24,000 nt of DNA, taken from the NCBI RefSeq assembly GCF_027568575.1, contig NZ_JANUVP010000001.1. One strand, written 5' to 3'. Position numbers and translations under genes: made by a program. The notes under the pieces were generated by a model. It searched no databases and was not told the DNA's origin. It was given only the letters and a program-made list of their open reading frames with translations. The stretch comes from Caldifermentibacillus hisashii. Lineage in GTDB: Bacteria > Bacillota > Bacilli > Bacillales > Caldibacillaceae. Of this stretch, positions 9,125 to 19,833 are shown piece by piece (the stretch's first letter is position 1; every line of letters starts with the position of its first letter).

Positions 9125-9957
9125 CCATGTTTCAATTGATTGTGGGCGTCAATGACAAGCTCGGCTATTGGTGTCTGAAACTGATTCTTTCCTTTTACTC
9201 CCTCATTGTAACCCGGCCATTTTAAATGGAGTAAAAATTCGATATTCCCATCTCCGCCGGTAATTGGCGAATAATCGATATTCAGGCAATCAAATCCTTC
9301 ATTTAAGGAAAATTGAAGAATATCCTCTATAACCATCTCATGTACTTTCCGATCCCTGACAATACCTTTTTTACCAACCAGTTCTTTGCCCGCTTCAAAT
9401 TGAGGTTTAATCAGTGCCACAATGTCACTGTCCGGAACTAATATCTTTTTTAGCGGTGGCAAAATACGTTTTAAGGAGATAAAGGAAACATCAATACAAG
9501 CAAATTCAGGCATTTCCCTTGATAAATCTTCAGGTTTTAAATAACGGAAATTTGTTCGTTCCATGACGATAACCCGTTCATCTTGACGCAGTTTCCATGC
9601 CAGCTGATTATAGCCGACATCAACAGCATAACAATATTTTGCCCCGTTTTGGAGTGCACAATCGGTAAACCCACCGGTTGAAGCTCCGATATCGATGATA
9701 ATTTTACCTTTAACGGTCAGATCAAATACCTTTAATGCTTTTTCGAGCTTATACCCGCCTCTTGAAACATATGGCATTTGTTTTCCTTTAATTGATATGT
9801 CAATATCTTTTGGCACCTTGACTCCGGGCTTATCCAATCTTTGTTCATTGGAATACACGATACCTGCCATAATTGCCCTTTTTGCTTTTTCTCTTGTTTC
9901 AAAAAAGCCACGTTCATTGAGCAAAATATCCAATCTTTCTTTTTCCAAATTCCTCAA
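9109..9957 (-). CDS. yqxC: TlyA/YqxC family rRNA (cytidine-2'-O)-methyltransferase (S4 domain + FtsJ-like)
   Basis: 282 aa, S4 region [29 protein letters not shown] motif [24 protein letters not shown]. Start uncertain (TTG at 9957 or 9948). Confidence 0.93.
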   Translation of the reverse strand: MRNLEKERLDILLNERGFFETREKAKRAIMAGIVYSNEQRLDKPGVKVPKDIDISIKGKQMPYVSRGGYKLEKALKVFDLTVKGKIIIDIGASTGGFTDCALQNGAKYCYAVDVGYNQLAWKLRQDERVIVMERTNFRYLKPEDLSREMPEFACIDVSFISLKRILPPLKKILVPDSDIVALIKPQFEAGKELVGKKGIVRDRKVHEMVIEDILQFSLNEGFDCLNIDYSPITGGDGNIEFLLHLKWPGYNEGVKGKNQFQTPIAELVIDAHNQLKHGKREE

Positions 9958-11842
9958 GCCCTTTTTTCTGTTTTTGCAACATCGTTCTTATAGTTTGAAC
10001 AATATGATCGGAAGTTAATCCGATTTCATTCAACAGTTCATGGACTTCCCCGTGATCAATAAACTGATCCGGGATGCCCAGCCTCATGATTTGATTCGAA
10101 TAGCCGTTATCATGGGCAAATTCCAAGACTGAACTGCCGAAACCACCTTGTAATACGCCTTCTTCAACAGTAAGAACAGGTAGTCCTTTTTCAAAAATGC
10201 GATTTAACAATTTTTCATCCAGCGGCTTGATAAAACGGGCATTGACGACCATTGCTTGAATTCCGGTTTTTTCTAATTTTTTCCTTGCTTCCAGCGCCAT
10301 CGGGATTGTTGTCCCAAACGTTAAAATTGCGGCATCCTTACCATCTTTTAAAACTTCCCATGAACCGATCGGAATCTCTTTTAGTTCATCGTCAAGAGTA
10401 ACCCCGTAACCATTGCCTCTCGGGAACCGCATGGCAATAGGTCCGTCATCATATTTAACAGCCGTATACACCATATGTCTACCCTCATTTTCATCTTTAG
10501 GCATCATCAATACCATGTTTGGAACACTTCTTAAAAAGGCAATATCGAACACACCTTGATGGGTATCGCCGTCCGCACCAACGAGTCCTGCCCGATCGAT
10601 GCCAAAAAATACATTTAAATTTTGCCGACAGATATCATGGACAATTTGGTCATAAGCCCGTTGCAGAAAAGTCGAATAGATCGTTAAATAAGGTTTCATA
10701 TTTTGTGTTGCCAGTCCGGCAGCCAATGTTGTGGCATGTTGCTCGGCAATCCCGACATCAATCACCCGATCCGGAAATTCAGCTTGAAACCCTTCTAATT
10801 TTGATCCAACTGTCATTGCCGGTGTAATCGCAACAATCCTTTTATCATCTCTGGCCAATTCACGAACGGTTTCACTGACAACTTTACTCCAAGCAGGTGG
10901 ACTATTAACCGGTTTTATAAAATCGCCAGTTTCAATTTTATATGGACCGGTCCCATGCCAAGTTCCCACTTTATCATTTTCGGCCGGATAATATCCTTTT
11001 CCTTTTTTTGTGACAACATGAAGCAATACCGGACCATTCGTTTTTTTCGCATAGGTCAGGTTTTCGAACAAATCTTCAAAATTATGTCCGTCAATTGGTC
11101 CCAGATAGGTAAAACCTAGCTCTTCAAAGAACATCCCGGGCACAAATAAATATTTGAAGCTATCTTTTAGACGTTCTGCTTTAGATGCCACTAATCCGCC
11201 AACTGCCGGGATTCTTTTCAAGAAAGCTTCGACTTCATCTTTCGCCCAATTGTATTTCCCTGCCGTTCGGAGTCTTCCAAGCATATTGTGCACGGCCCCG
11301 ACATTTGGCGCAATGGACATTTCATTATCATTTAAGATAACAATGATATTCTTCTTTTCATGTCCGATATGATTTAATGCTTCCAGTGCCATACCACCGG
11401 TTAATGCTCCATCACCAATTACCGGTACGATAAAATGCTTTTCACCTTTAAGATCACGGGCAATTGCCATTCCCATTGCGGCAGAAAGACTCGTTGAACT
11501 ATGACCCGTTTCCCAGATGTCATGTTCACTTTCATTTCGTTTTGGAAAACCACTTAAGCCCTTATATTTCCTTAATGTGCCAAAATCTTTCGCCCTGCCT
11601 GTTAGAATTTTATGGACATAACTTTGATGACCAACATCCCAAATAATTTTATCACGCGGACTTTCGAAAACTTTATGCAAAGCAATCGTTAACTCAACAA
11701 CACCTAAGTTGGGGCCAATGTGACCACCGGTTTTAGACAAGTTTTCAATTAAAAATTTACGAATTTCTTCACTTAATTGTTTCAACTCAGCAATAGACAT
11801 GTCACGGAGAAAAGAAGGACTCGTTATGGATTTTAGATCCAT
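9914..11842 (-). CDS. dxs: 1-deoxy-D-xylulose-5-phosphate synthase
   Basis: 642 aa; [47 protein letters not shown] motifs. Confidence 0.98.
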   Translation of the reverse strand: MDLKSITSPSFLRDMSIAELKQLSEEIRKFLIENLSKTGGHIGPNLGVVELTIALHKVFESPRDKIIWDVGHQSYVHKILTGRAKDFGTLRKYKGLSGFPKRNESEHDIWETGHSSTSLSAAMGMAIARDLKGEKHFIVPVIGDGALTGGMALEALNHIGHEKKNIIVILNDNEMSIAPNVGAVHNMLGRLRTAGKYNWAKDEVEAFLKRIPAVGGLVASKAERLKDSFKYLFVPGMFFEELGFTYLGPIDGHNFEDLFENLTYAKKTNGPVLLHVVTKKGKGYYPAENDKVGTWHGTGPYKIETGDFIKPVNSPPAWSKVVSETVRELARDDKRIVAITPAMTVGSKLEGFQAEFPDRVIDVGIAEQHATTLAAGLATQNMKPYLTIYSTFLQRAYDQIVHDICRQNLNVFFGIDRAGLVGADGDTHQGVFDIAFLRSVPNMVLMMPKDENEGRHMVYTAVKYDDGPIAMRFPRGNGYGVTLDDELKEIPIGSWEVLKDGKDAAILTFGTTIPMALEARKKLEKTGIQAMVVNARFIKPLDEKLLNRIFEKGLPVLTVEEGVLQGGFGSSVLEFAHDNGYSNQIMRLGIPDQFIDHGEVHELLNEIGLTSDHIVQTIRTMLQKQKKGLEEFGKRKIGYFAQ

Positions 11843-11900
11843 ATTGGATCACTCACTTTCATTTCAAATTCCGGAAAAAAGTTTTAATGCTATTCTCTAT

Positions 11901-11906
11901 ATTATA
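11901..11906 (-). promoter_or_regulatory. Extended -10 sigma-A promoter for dxs-yqxC (TGTTATAAT)
   Basis: Minus strand TTGTAG-N16-TATAAT with a TGn extension, in the ispA-dxs gap, about 58 bp upstream of the dxs ATG. Confidence 0.55.
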
Positions 11907-11957
11907 ACAGTATCCATTCATTCTACAAGAAGTTAACTTTTGTTTTGGACAAAAGCG

Positions 11958-12839
11958 TTAGCGATCTCGTTTGGCGATCAATTCCGTAATAAAGGAAAGT
12001 TGTCCGGTATCAATCGGCAAGGATTCAAGGATTCCTTCCGCTTTAGCAATATGTTCTTTTAATTTATTTTTTGCACCATTAAGAGTAAGGATCTTCGGAT
12101 ACGTACTTTTCTGCTTTTCTCGGTCACTTCCAACGTCTTTTCCGATCTGTTCGATTGTTCCTTCAACATCTAATATATCGTCGCGAATTTGAAAGGCGAG
12201 TCCAATATGATAGCCGAATTGCTCCAATAAATCGATTGTGGCTTTATCAGCGTCTGCTAAAATGGCACCGACTTTGACACAAAAAGTAAGTAATTTTCCG
12301 GTTTTATGGGTATGAATATATTCCAGTTCAGTCAATTGTAAATTTTGATTTTCCCCTTCCATATCTGCTATCTGACCCGCTACCATTCCTTCCGGGCCAC
12401 TCGCTTTTGCCAATTCGTTAATAATTGCCAATCTCTTTTCTGCAGAAAGCTGTTTTATTTCTGAAATAATTTGGAAACTATAGGTCAATAAACCATCTCC
12501 CGCCAAAATTGCTGTTGCCTCGCCATACATTTTATGATTTGTCGGTTTGCCTCTGCGAAAATCATCATTATCCATCGCAGGGAGATCATCATGAATAAGT
12601 GAGTACGTATGAACCATCTCAACGGCACAGGCAACAGGCAAGCCGATTGCTACATCTTTTTTGAAAGCAGCAAGCGTTGAAAAAATTAGCATTGGACGGA
12701 TTCTTTTTCCTCCTGCTTGTAATGAATAATCCATAGCATTTTTTAAAGTTTCTGGTGTTTTTAAGCGTTGAATCATTATTTTTAGCTCTTTATTGACCGT
12801 TTCCAAATAGTTTGCCAAGTGATCAGGATATTTTTGCAA
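11958..12839 (-). CDS. ispA: Farnesyl diphosphate synthase (geranyltranstransferase)
   Basis: 293 aa; both Asp-rich motifs (DDLPAMDNDD, IRDDILD), GGKRIRPML; TTG start with GAGGTGG RBS. Confidence 0.95.
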   Translation of the reverse strand: MQKYPDHLANYLETVNKELKIMIQRLKTPETLKNAMDYSLQAGGKRIRPMLIFSTLAAFKKDVAIGLPVACAVEMVHTYSLIHDDLPAMDNDDFRRGKPTNHKMYGEATAILAGDGLLTYSFQIISEIKQLSAEKRLAIINELAKASGPEGMVAGQIADMEGENQNLQLTELEYIHTHKTGKLLTFCVKVGAILADADKATIDLLEQFGYHIGLAFQIRDDILDVEGTIEQIGKDVGSDREKQKSTYPKILTLNGAKNKLKEHIAKAEGILESLPIDTGQLSFITELIAKRDR

Positions 12840-12841
12840 CT

Positions 12842-13093
12842 TTAATCCACCTCATTGATTGAGAAATTGTCAATTTCCCCGTTATCCTTTAATATTTCCG
12901 TCAATTGTTCTTCCACGTTTTTTAATTTTTGATGGCAGATTTTTGCTAATTCCATACCTTCTTTATATTTGGCAATAGCCGTTTCTAAAGGGACATCTCC
13001 ACCTTCTAAAATATCGACTATCCCTTCTAATTTTTCCATTGCTTCTTCAAATGTTAAATTTTCCTTTTCTGTTTTTCCCGGAATTTCACTCAT
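12842..13093 (-). CDS. xseB: Exodeoxyribonuclease VII small subunit
   Basis: 83 aa, LTFEEAMEKLEGIVDILEGGDVPLETAIAKYKEGMEL. Confidence 0.96.
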   Translation of the reverse strand: MSEIPGKTEKENLTFEEAMEKLEGIVDILEGGDVPLETAIAKYKEGMELAKICHQKLKNVEEQLTEILKDNGEIDNFSINEVD

Positions 13094-14439
13094 CTTGTTT
13101 CTTCCTCTCTTTCAATGATTTTTGCTTTTAACGTTCCATCAGTCAATGTCACTTTGATCGAATCACCGACTTTTACATTATTAATTGATTTAATAATGTG
13201 ATCTCCACTATCATAGGCGATTGAATAGCCCCGTTCCATCACTTTCAAAGGACTAAGAACATTTAATGTTGAAACTTGGTTGAGAAATTCCTTTTCTTTT
13301 AATTTAAAAATTGCTTCAAACGATCGGCTCATACGCTTTACTTGTTGTCCGAGTTTATTATTGGCAGCATCAAACTGTCCTTGAGGATGGTTTGATTTTA
13401 GCCGCTGTTCAAGATACTTCATTTTTTGATTGGTATCAGTAATTTTCTGTTTTAGCAGCCGATTTGCCTGTTCTACCGTTCTGTCCAGATGTTCCGTTTT
13501 TTGCTCGAACAATTTTTGTGGGTAGCGAAAGGCATATGATTTTGTTAGTCGGTCGAGACGTTTAGATTCGACATTCGTTCTTTCTTTTATTGCCCGGATT
13601 AACCGGATTTTTCGATTTAATATTCTTTCAATCAAATCATCAATATTCGGCACGGCCAGTTCAGCTGCCCCGGTTGGAGTCGGTGCTCGCAGATCTGCAA
13701 CAAAATCAGCGATCGTTGTATCCGTCTCGTGTCCGACAGCAGAAATGACAGGAATCTCGGAAGCGAAAATGGCCCTTGCCACCGCCTCCTCATTAAATGC
13801 CCATAATTCTTCAATTGATCCTCCTCCGCGCCCAACAATAAGGAGATCTGCTTCCTTTCTTGAATTGGCCGTTTCAATGGCGGATACAATCGAGGCTGCA
13901 GCGGCATTTCCTTGTACAAGAGCCGGATAAATGATAATTTTGGCAATCGGATACCTTCTTTTTATCGTTGTAAGAATATCGCGAATGGCGGCACCGGTAG
14001 GAGAAGTAACGACGCCTACTGTTTTTGGATAAAGAGGGAGCGGTTTTTTTCGGTCTTTATTAAATAAACCTTCTTTGCTCAACTTTTCCTTCAGTTGTTC
14101 AAACGCTAAATATAAAGCACCAATTCCTTCCGGTTCCATTTCTTTAACATAAATTTGGTATTGTCCGCTCGGTTCATAGACAGTTACTTCACCGTGCAAT
14201 AACACGGTCATGCCGTTTTCAGGTTCGAAGCGTAGTTTCTTAGCTTGGGATGAAAACATAACAGCTAAAATTCTTGCTTTATTATCTTTTAAAGTGAAAT
14301 ACAAATGTCCGCTCGTATGTTTTTTATAATTGGATATTTCACCTTTGACAAAAACGTCTTGAAGATGGGGATCAAAATCAAATTTTCGTTTAATATATCT
14401 CGTTAAGGCCTGAACAGTTAAATATTGAACTTTTTCCAT
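13090..14439 (-). CDS. xseA: Exodeoxyribonuclease VII large subunit
   Basis: YLTVQALTRYIKRKFDFDPHLQDVFVKGEISNYKKHTSGHLYFTLKD, OB fold; start moved to ATG 14439 (GAGGGG RBS). 4-nt overlap with xseB. Confidence 0.96.
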   Translation of the reverse strand: MEKVQYLTVQALTRYIKRKFDFDPHLQDVFVKGEISNYKKHTSGHLYFTLKDNKARILAVMFSSQAKKLRFEPENGMTVLLHGEVTVYEPSGQYQIYVKEMEPEGIGALYLAFEQLKEKLSKEGLFNKDRKKPLPLYPKTVGVVTSPTGAAIRDILTTIKRRYPIAKIIIYPALVQGNAAAASIVSAIETANSRKEADLLIVGRGGGSIEELWAFNEEAVARAIFASEIPVISAVGHETDTTIADFVADLRAPTPTGAAELAVPNIDDLIERILNRKIRLIRAIKERTNVESKRLDRLTKSYAFRYPQKLFEQKTEHLDRTVEQANRLLKQKITDTNQKMKYLEQRLKSNHPQGQFDAANNKLGQQVKRMSRSFEAIFKLKEKEFLNQVSTLNVLSPLKVMERGYSIAYDSGDHIIKSINNVKVGDSIKVTLTDGTLKAKIIEREEETR

Positions 14440-14557
14440 ATGTAAACCCCTCAATCACAAAAAAAACCAATGTGAAATCTGAATATCATAATAATAGTTT
14501 ACTAAAAATAAGAGAAGCAGTCACCGATTTCTGGCACTGCTTTTCTATTTCTTATTT

Positions 14558-15412
14558 TCATTTAGCGGTATATTTCATAGCCGCTTTTACAGTGTTGGCC
14601 AAAAGCATTGTTATTGTCATCGGTCCAACCCCACCGGGAACCGGCGTTATATAAGAAGCTTTATTTTTTACCTCATCATATAAAACATCGCCGCATAGTT
14701 TTCCTTCCTCATTTCGATTCATACCAACATCAATAACGACGGCACCTTCTTTTACATAATCTGCAGTAATGCGGTTCGCTTGTCCAATCGCACTTACTAA
14801 TACGTCAGCTTGTCTTGTAATTGAAGGTAGGTCAACTGTTTTGGAATGGCAATAGGTAACTGTTGCATTTTCCCCCAGCAATAATTGTCCCATCGGTTTC
14901 CCGACAATATTACTTCTTCCGATAACGACAGCATGCTTTCCTGTCAAATCTATATGTATTTCCTTCAACATTTCAATGATTCCAAGTGGCGTACATGGAA
15001 CAAAAGTATCTTCGCCGGTTAACAGTTTACCGACATTAAGCGGATGAAAGCCATCGACATCTTTATCCGGATGAATTGCTTCAATAACCACCTTTGGATT
15101 TATTTGATTCGGTAAAGGCAATTGAACTAAAATTCCGTGAATCTCCTTATTTTCATTCAGTTCCTTGATCCTGGCCAGCAAAAATTCTTCAGTAATATTC
15201 TCTTCATATTTAAGTAATAGAGAATAAATGCCAACTTCTTTACATGCTCTTTGTTTGTTTCTGACATAGGTTTGACTGGCCGGATCGTCTCCAACCAAAA
15301 TAACAGCTAAACCGGGTGTAATCCCTTTTGCTTTTAGTTCCTCGACCGCCTGTTTCAATTCTTCTCTCTTTTTACCGGCAATTGCTTTCCCGTCAATGAT
15401 TTGACCAGCCAT
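14558..15412 (-). CDS. folD: Bifunctional methylenetetrahydrofolate dehydrogenase / methenyltetrahydrofolate cyclohydrolase
   Basis: [57 protein letters not shown]; start placed at ATG 15412 (AGGGGAA RBS). Confidence 0.97.
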   Translation of the reverse strand: MAGQIIDGKAIAGKKREELKQAVEELKAKGITPGLAVILVGDDPASQTYVRNKQRACKEVGIYSLLLKYEENITEEFLLARIKELNENKEIHGILVQLPLPNQINPKVVIEAIHPDKDVDGFHPLNVGKLLTGEDTFVPCTPLGIIEMLKEIHIDLTGKHAVVIGRSNIVGKPMGQLLLGENATVTYCHSKTVDLPSITRQADVLVSAIGQANRITADYVKEGAVVIDVGMNRNEEGKLCGDVLYDEVKNKASYITPVPGGVGPMTITMLLANTVKAAMKYTAK

Positions 15413-15435
15413 AATTTCCCCCTCCAAAAAATTGA

Positions 15436-15828
15436 TTATTTTCCCAATGTTTCCATGACCTTTGCTAAAACTCCGTTAATAAAGCGACTCGATTTTTCAT
15501 CACCAAATCTTTTCGCAATTTCAACGGCTTCATTAATTGATACGGTATATGGAACATCTTCCATATATTTCATCTCATAAACAGCAATCCGTAATAAATT
15601 TCTGTCGATATTCGCCAAACGGTCAAGTGACCAATTTTCTAAATGGTCGGTAATGATTTGATCTAACTCATGCAAATGTTCCACCGTACCGAAAAACAAT
15701 TTTTTTAAAAACACATCATCACTATCTTTTCCGAGAACATGGCGATACGCATTTTCCGGATCGGATTTCCCGACATCCACTTGAAAAACTGCTTGTAACG
15801 CTTTTTCTCTTGATGTTCTCCTATTCAT
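15436..15828 (-). CDS. nusB: Transcription antitermination protein NusB
   Basis: 130 aa; [17 protein letters not shown]-terminal [26 protein letters not shown]. Confidence 0.97.
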   Translation of the reverse strand: MNRRTSREKALQAVFQVDVGKSDPENAYRHVLGKDSDDVFLKKLFFGTVEHLHELDQIITDHLENWSLDRLANIDRNLLRIAVYEMKYMEDVPYTVSINEAVEIAKRFGDEKSSRFINGVLAKVMETLGK

Positions 15829-15884
15829 TTATAAAGTACTCCTTTTCAAACATAAGTTTTGATTTTGAACCATACATTTCTCAC

Positions 15885-15914
15885 ATTATACGAATGAAAC
15901 TACTCAAAATCATA
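15885..15914 (-). promoter_or_regulatory. Candidate sigma-A promoter(s) for the nusB operon (TATAAT and TGCTATGAT)
   Basis: Minus strand TATAAT at 15885-15890 and extended -10 TGCTATGAT ending at 15909; -35 elements weak. Confidence 0.35.
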
Positions 15915-16030
15915 GCATAAATGATTGAAAAAAGGAAAGAGTTCACAGAGGAATTTTGCAAAATAGGAGAGGAGGTTTTATTCTGTAGAAGAGAAAATTG
16001 GAACTTCGGGAGTTAAAGTGACTTTAGCAT

Positions 16031-16064
16031 ACAAAAAGCAGGAACATAAGTTCCTGCTTTTTGT
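16031..16064 (-). terminator. Intrinsic terminator of accB-accC-yqhY
   Basis: Perfect 15-bp inverted repeat ACAAAAAGCAGGAAC-TTAT-GTTCCTGCTTTTTGT, 1 bp beyond the yqhY stop. Confidence 0.92.
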
Positions 16065-16065
16065 A

Positions 16066-16467
16066 TTATTCAACGACCGGATTTTGTTGTTCTTCTTTTT
16101 GCGTTTCAAAATTGACGTTTACAATATGGATATTTACTTCATCTGTTTCCAACCCGGTCATATTGTACAAAGCTTGTCGAATATTTTCTTGAATACTTTG
16201 TGCTACTTTCGGAATGGAAACACCGAAGTTCAGAATACAATACACATCAATTTTAATTTGATTGTCAGACAAATCAACACGAATCCCTTTTCCATGGTTT
16301 TTCTTCCCTAATCGTTCAACAACACCTGCGGCAAAGTTACCGCGCATCGTCGCCACCCCATCAATTTCCGATGCGGCAATTCCGGCGATCACTTCAATCA
16401 CTTCAGGTGCAATTTCAATTTTTCCTAAACCATCCAGATTCATTTCCAATGCATTATTTTCGGGCAT
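16066..16467 (-). CDS. yqhY: Asp23/Gls24 family protein YqhY
   Basis: 133 aa, GKIEIAPEVIEVIAGIAASEIDGVATM Asp23 motif; next to accBC. Confidence 0.93.
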   Translation of the reverse strand: MPENNALEMNLDGLGKIEIAPEVIEVIAGIAASEIDGVATMRGNFAAGVVERLGKKNHGKGIRVDLSDNQIKIDVYCILNFGVSIPKVAQSIQENIRQALYNMTGLETDEVNIHIVNVNFETQKEEQQNPVVE

Positions 16468-16481
16468 CAGCTTACACCACC

Positions 16482-17840
16482 TTAGGCATTATTTTTCATT
16501 ACGTCATACATTTCAAGGAATTTTGTATTGAAATCCCCTGATTTAAACGCTTGATGTTCGAGCACCTTTAAATGGAATGGAATTGTCGAATAAATTCCCT
16601 CGATAACAAATTCACCCAACGCCCGTTCCATTTTCTTAATCGCTTCTTCCCTTGTAGGCGCATGGACAATCAGTTTAGCGATCATTGAATCATAGTAAGG
16701 CGGAATGGCGTATCCGGGATATGCGGCCGAGTCAACCCGAACACCGGGACCACCCGGGGCAAGATACATGTTAATCTTTCCCGGAGACGGCATGAAATTT
16801 TTCTCGGGATTTTCTGCATTAATTCTGCACTCGATTGCCCATCCATTAAAGGTGACGTCTTCTTGTTTCAATGTGAGTTCTTTTCCACTGGCAACAAAAA
16901 TTTGTCCTTTTATTAAATCGACACCGGTAATCAACTCTGTAACAGGATGTTCAACTTGAATCCGGGTATTCATCTCCATAAAGTAGAATTTTTTCTCCCG
17001 GTAATCATATATAAATTCTACCGTACCTGCACCTGTATAATCAACTGCTTTTGCTGCTTTAACTGCCGCTTCTCCCATTTTATTCCGAATTTCCGGGGTT
17101 AATGCCGGAGATGGTGCTTCTTCGATCAATTTTTGCAATCTTCTTTGTACAGAGCAATCCCGTTCCCCTAAGTGAATCACATTTCCGTAATTATCTGCTA
17201 AAACTTGAATTTCAACATGGCGAAAATCTTGAATATATTTTTCCAAATAAACGCCGGGATTCCCGAATGCTGTTAGTGCCTCTTGTCTTGTGATATTGAT
17301 GCCTTTAACTAATTCCTCTTCATTCATGGCAACCCGGATTCCTTTACCACCACCGCCGGCTGTAGCTTTGATTATGACAGGATAACCAATTTCGGATGCC
17401 AGTTTCAGTGCGTCGTCCATATCTTCAACAATTCCATTGGATCCGGGAACAATTGGTACGCCGGCCTTTCTCATCGTTTCCCGGGCAACATCTTTTGTCC
17501 CCATCTTGGCAATTGCATCACCGCTTGGACCAATGAAAACAAGTCCGCATTCTTTAACTAAATTAGCAAAGTTCTCATTTTCAGCCAAAAATCCATAACC
17601 CGGATGGATTGCTTCACATCCCGTTAATTTAGCAACACTTATGATGTTCGCCATATTTAAGTAACTGTCTTTGGATGGATTTGGACCAATACAATAAGCT
17701 TCATCTGCCATTTGTACATGAAGAGCTTCTTGATCAGCTTGAGAGTAGACGGCTACTGTCCGAATATCAAGTTCCCTGCAGGCTCGAATAATGCGGACAG
17801 CGATTTCCCCCCGATTGGCAATTAAAATTTTTTTTAACAC
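16482..17840 (-). CDS. accC: Acetyl-CoA carboxylase, biotin carboxylase subunit
   Basis: [40 protein letters not shown]; GTG start at 17840 (GAGGTGG RBS). Confidence 0.98.
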   Translation of the reverse strand: MLKKILIANRGEIAVRIIRACRELDIRTVAVYSQADQEALHVQMADEAYCIGPNPSKDSYLNMANIISVAKLTGCEAIHPGYGFLAENENFANLVKECGLVFIGPSGDAIAKMGTKDVARETMRKAGVPIVPGSNGIVEDMDDALKLASEIGYPVIIKATAGGGGKGIRVAMNEEELVKGINITRQEALTAFGNPGVYLEKYIQDFRHVEIQVLADNYGNVIHLGERDCSVQRRLQKLIEEAPSPALTPEIRNKMGEAAVKAAKAVDYTGAGTVEFIYDYREKKFYFMEMNTRIQVEHPVTELITGVDLIKGQIFVASGKELTLKQEDVTFNGWAIECRINAENPEKNFMPSPGKINMYLAPGGPGVRVDSAAYPGYAIPPYYDSMIAKLIVHAPTREEAIKKMERALGEFVIEGIYSTIPFHLKVLEHQAFKSGDFNTKFLEMYDVMKNNA

Positions 17841-17852
17841 GTTAACCACCTC

Positions 17853-18371
17853 TTAATCTACCTTAACTAAAAACAGAGGTTGGCCAAATTCGACTAGTTG
17901 ACCATTTTTGACAAGGATTTCGACAATTTCCCCATCTACATCTGCCTCAATTTCATTAAATAATTTCATGGCTTCGACAATGCATACAACCGAATCACTT
18001 TTTACTTTCGAACCGACTTTCACATATGGTTCTGCATCCGGAGATGGTGACGCATAAAAGGTCCCTACCATCGGAGATGTAATTTTATGAAGGTTTTCTT
18101 CAGGTGCATTTGTTTTTTCCAATTGGGCTGCCGGATTCGCTTTTGCCGATTCCACCACTTCTTGTACCGGTTGAGCGGCTTGCGGTTGATTGGTCGGTTG
18201 ATCAATGAAAGTGTTTACAGGTTCAACTTTAATAGGTTCAACCGTTTTAACTTGAACAGGTTGTTTTTTTTTCATTACTAATTTTAATCCATCATATTCA
18301 TATTTAAATTCATCAATATTTGATTGATCAACAAGCCTGATCAATTCACGAATTTCTTGAACTTTTAACAT
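17853..18371 (-). CDS. accB: Acetyl-CoA carboxylase, biotin carboxyl carrier protein
   Basis: 172 aa with the biotinylation motif [15 protein letters not shown] and a Pro/Ala/Gln-rich linker. Confidence 0.98.
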   Translation of the reverse strand: MLKVQEIRELIRLVDQSNIDEFKYEYDGLKLVMKKKQPVQVKTVEPIKVEPVNTFIDQPTNQPQAAQPVQEVVESAKANPAAQLEKTNAPEENLHKITSPMVGTFYASPSPDAEPYVKVGSKVKSDSVVCIVEAMKLFNEIEADVDGEIVEILVKNGQLVEFGQPLFLVKVD

Positions 18372-18387
18372 GTCTACACCCCTTAAA

Positions 18388-18411
18388 TTATGACTAGCTA
18401 CTAATAGTATA
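18388..18411 (-). promoter_or_regulatory. Candidate accB promoter -10 (TATACT) with adjacent TTAGTAGCTAGTCATAA, loosely FapR-box-like
   Basis: Minus strand TATACTATTAGTAGCTAGTCATAATTTAAGGGG; -35 is poor. Confidence 0.3.
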
Positions 18412-18490
18412 CATTAAAATTTTACTGTAGTACATTGGGATTGACAAGCAAATCATCATTCAGGTATGAAAATTACTTTTTAAAAAGAGA

Positions 18491-18517
18491 AAAGTGTTCC
18501 GGATGTTGGAACACTTT
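18491..18517 (-). terminator. Intrinsic terminator of the spoIIIA operon
   Basis: Minus strand AAAGTGTTCC-N7-GGAACACTTT followed by TCTCTTTTT; 10-bp perfect stem, 58 bp past the spoIIIAH stop. Confidence 0.85.
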
Positions 18518-18574
18518 ATTAAAAAATAATCCTTTTGATTTGTTCGCTTATTCGACAAGCACCATGCTGTTTTT

Positions 18575-19141
18575 TTATTTCGTTTCATTTTCACTCTGGA
18601 ATGCAACCGTAACAGATGAATTACCCATTTCCTTTTTTACAATTTTAATAATCTCATTCGCTTTTGCTTTTGAAGGCTCTTCCCCTTTGACAGTAACTAG
18701 CACTTCAGATTCATCTGCTTGAACAAGTGCATCTTCATAACCTAATGTTTGAATAATTAAGTTTTCGATAAACGCCTCTTTTTCGGCAATTTTTTGAAGG
18801 CGATTCATTTCATCTTTTGCTTCACTTCTTTCCTCTGCTGAAAGATCAGTAGAGCCGGCCACTTCCTCCAATTGTTCTAATTTTTTGCTCCGCTCATCTT
18901 GCATTTGCAAGCGAATTTCTTCAAACACTTCATTTTTTGCATCCGTAATCGTGGTATTTTTTGTGTCACTACTCTTTTCTTTTTCAGTCACTTTTTTACT
19001 ATCTGCTTTTTCTTCCTTGCTAACATCAACATTGGCAAGATTATTATTATTAGTTGGTTCCGCTGTTATATAATAAACGGATAACACAACAACCAAACTT
19101 AACATCGTTAATAACCAAACGGTTTGCTTTTTCAACATCAT
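18575..19141 (-). CDS. spoIIIAH: Stage III sporulation protein AH
   Basis: MLKKQTVWLLTMLSLVVVLSVYYI signature N-terminus; alternative ATG at 19138. Confidence 0.96.
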   Translation of the reverse strand: MMLKKQTVWLLTMLSLVVVLSVYYITAEPTNNNNLANVDVSKEEKADSKKVTEKEKSSDTKNTTITDAKNEVFEEIRLQMQDERSKKLEQLEEVAGSTDLSAEERSEAKDEMNRLQKIAEKEAFIENLIIQTLGYEDALVQADESEVLVTVKGEEPSKAKANEIIKIVKKEMGNSSVTVAFQSENETK

Positions 19142-19185
19142 TTCTTCTCCTCCTCATTGGTAGATTGATTTTTTCATGGTTTTTT

Positions 19186-19833
19186 TCATTTCTTAGACAG
19201 AACAGAGACACGATGACTTGGGACATCTAATGTTCTCATAACCGCTTCAATGATTGATTTTTTAACTTGAACATTTTCAGCGCCTTTTGCTACGATAAGG
19301 ACCCCTCGAATATCCGGCTTTTTCGTTTCAGAAATAAGCGGGACTTCCTTATCACCTTCCCGAACAATGACAATTTGTTCTTCTGCAGAATTATCTTCTA
19401 CTTCCCTTTTCCCTCCATTCGAATCAGTTTCACTCGTTATTTGCTTTTTATTGATCATATTTTTCTCATAAACTACTTTTTCTGTTGAATCCACGTTAAC
19501 AACAATGGAAACGTCATCAACTCCAACAATTGATTCGATTGCCTCTTTTAATTGATTTTCATAATATTCCTCATAGTCCTTCATTGTGGAGGGCTGGTTT
19601 TTGCCACTATTTCCAAATACTTCAGCGTTTTCTGCTTCCTTTGAATCCGATGTCACGGGTACTGGGTTTGAGGACTCGTTTCTCTGCGATGAGAAAAAAT
19701 TGCTAAATAACATAATCGCTATCCCGATAACGAAAACTATGATGATATAATGTTTTTTATCAAATTTTTGTGTGTCATCGTTTTTTTGAAACAATTTTTT
19801 TAGTATGGAAAAGGGGCCTTTGTCATTACTCAT
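19186..19833 (-). CDS. spoIIIAG: Stage III sporulation protein AG
   Basis: 215 aa, single TM, IVGVDDVSIVVNVDSTEKVVYEKN, PDIRGVLIVAKGAENVQVKKSIIEAV. Confidence 0.95.
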   Translation of the reverse strand: MSNDKGPFSILKKLFQKNDDTQKFDKKHYIIIVFVIGIAIMLFSNFFSSQRNESSNPVPVTSDSKEAENAEVFGNSGKNQPSTMKDYEEYYENQLKEAIESIVGVDDVSIVVNVDSTEKVVYEKNMINKKQITSETDSNGGKREVEDNSAEEQIVIVREGDKEVPLISETKKPDIRGVLIVAKGAENVQVKKSIIEAVMRTLDVPSHRVSVLSKK

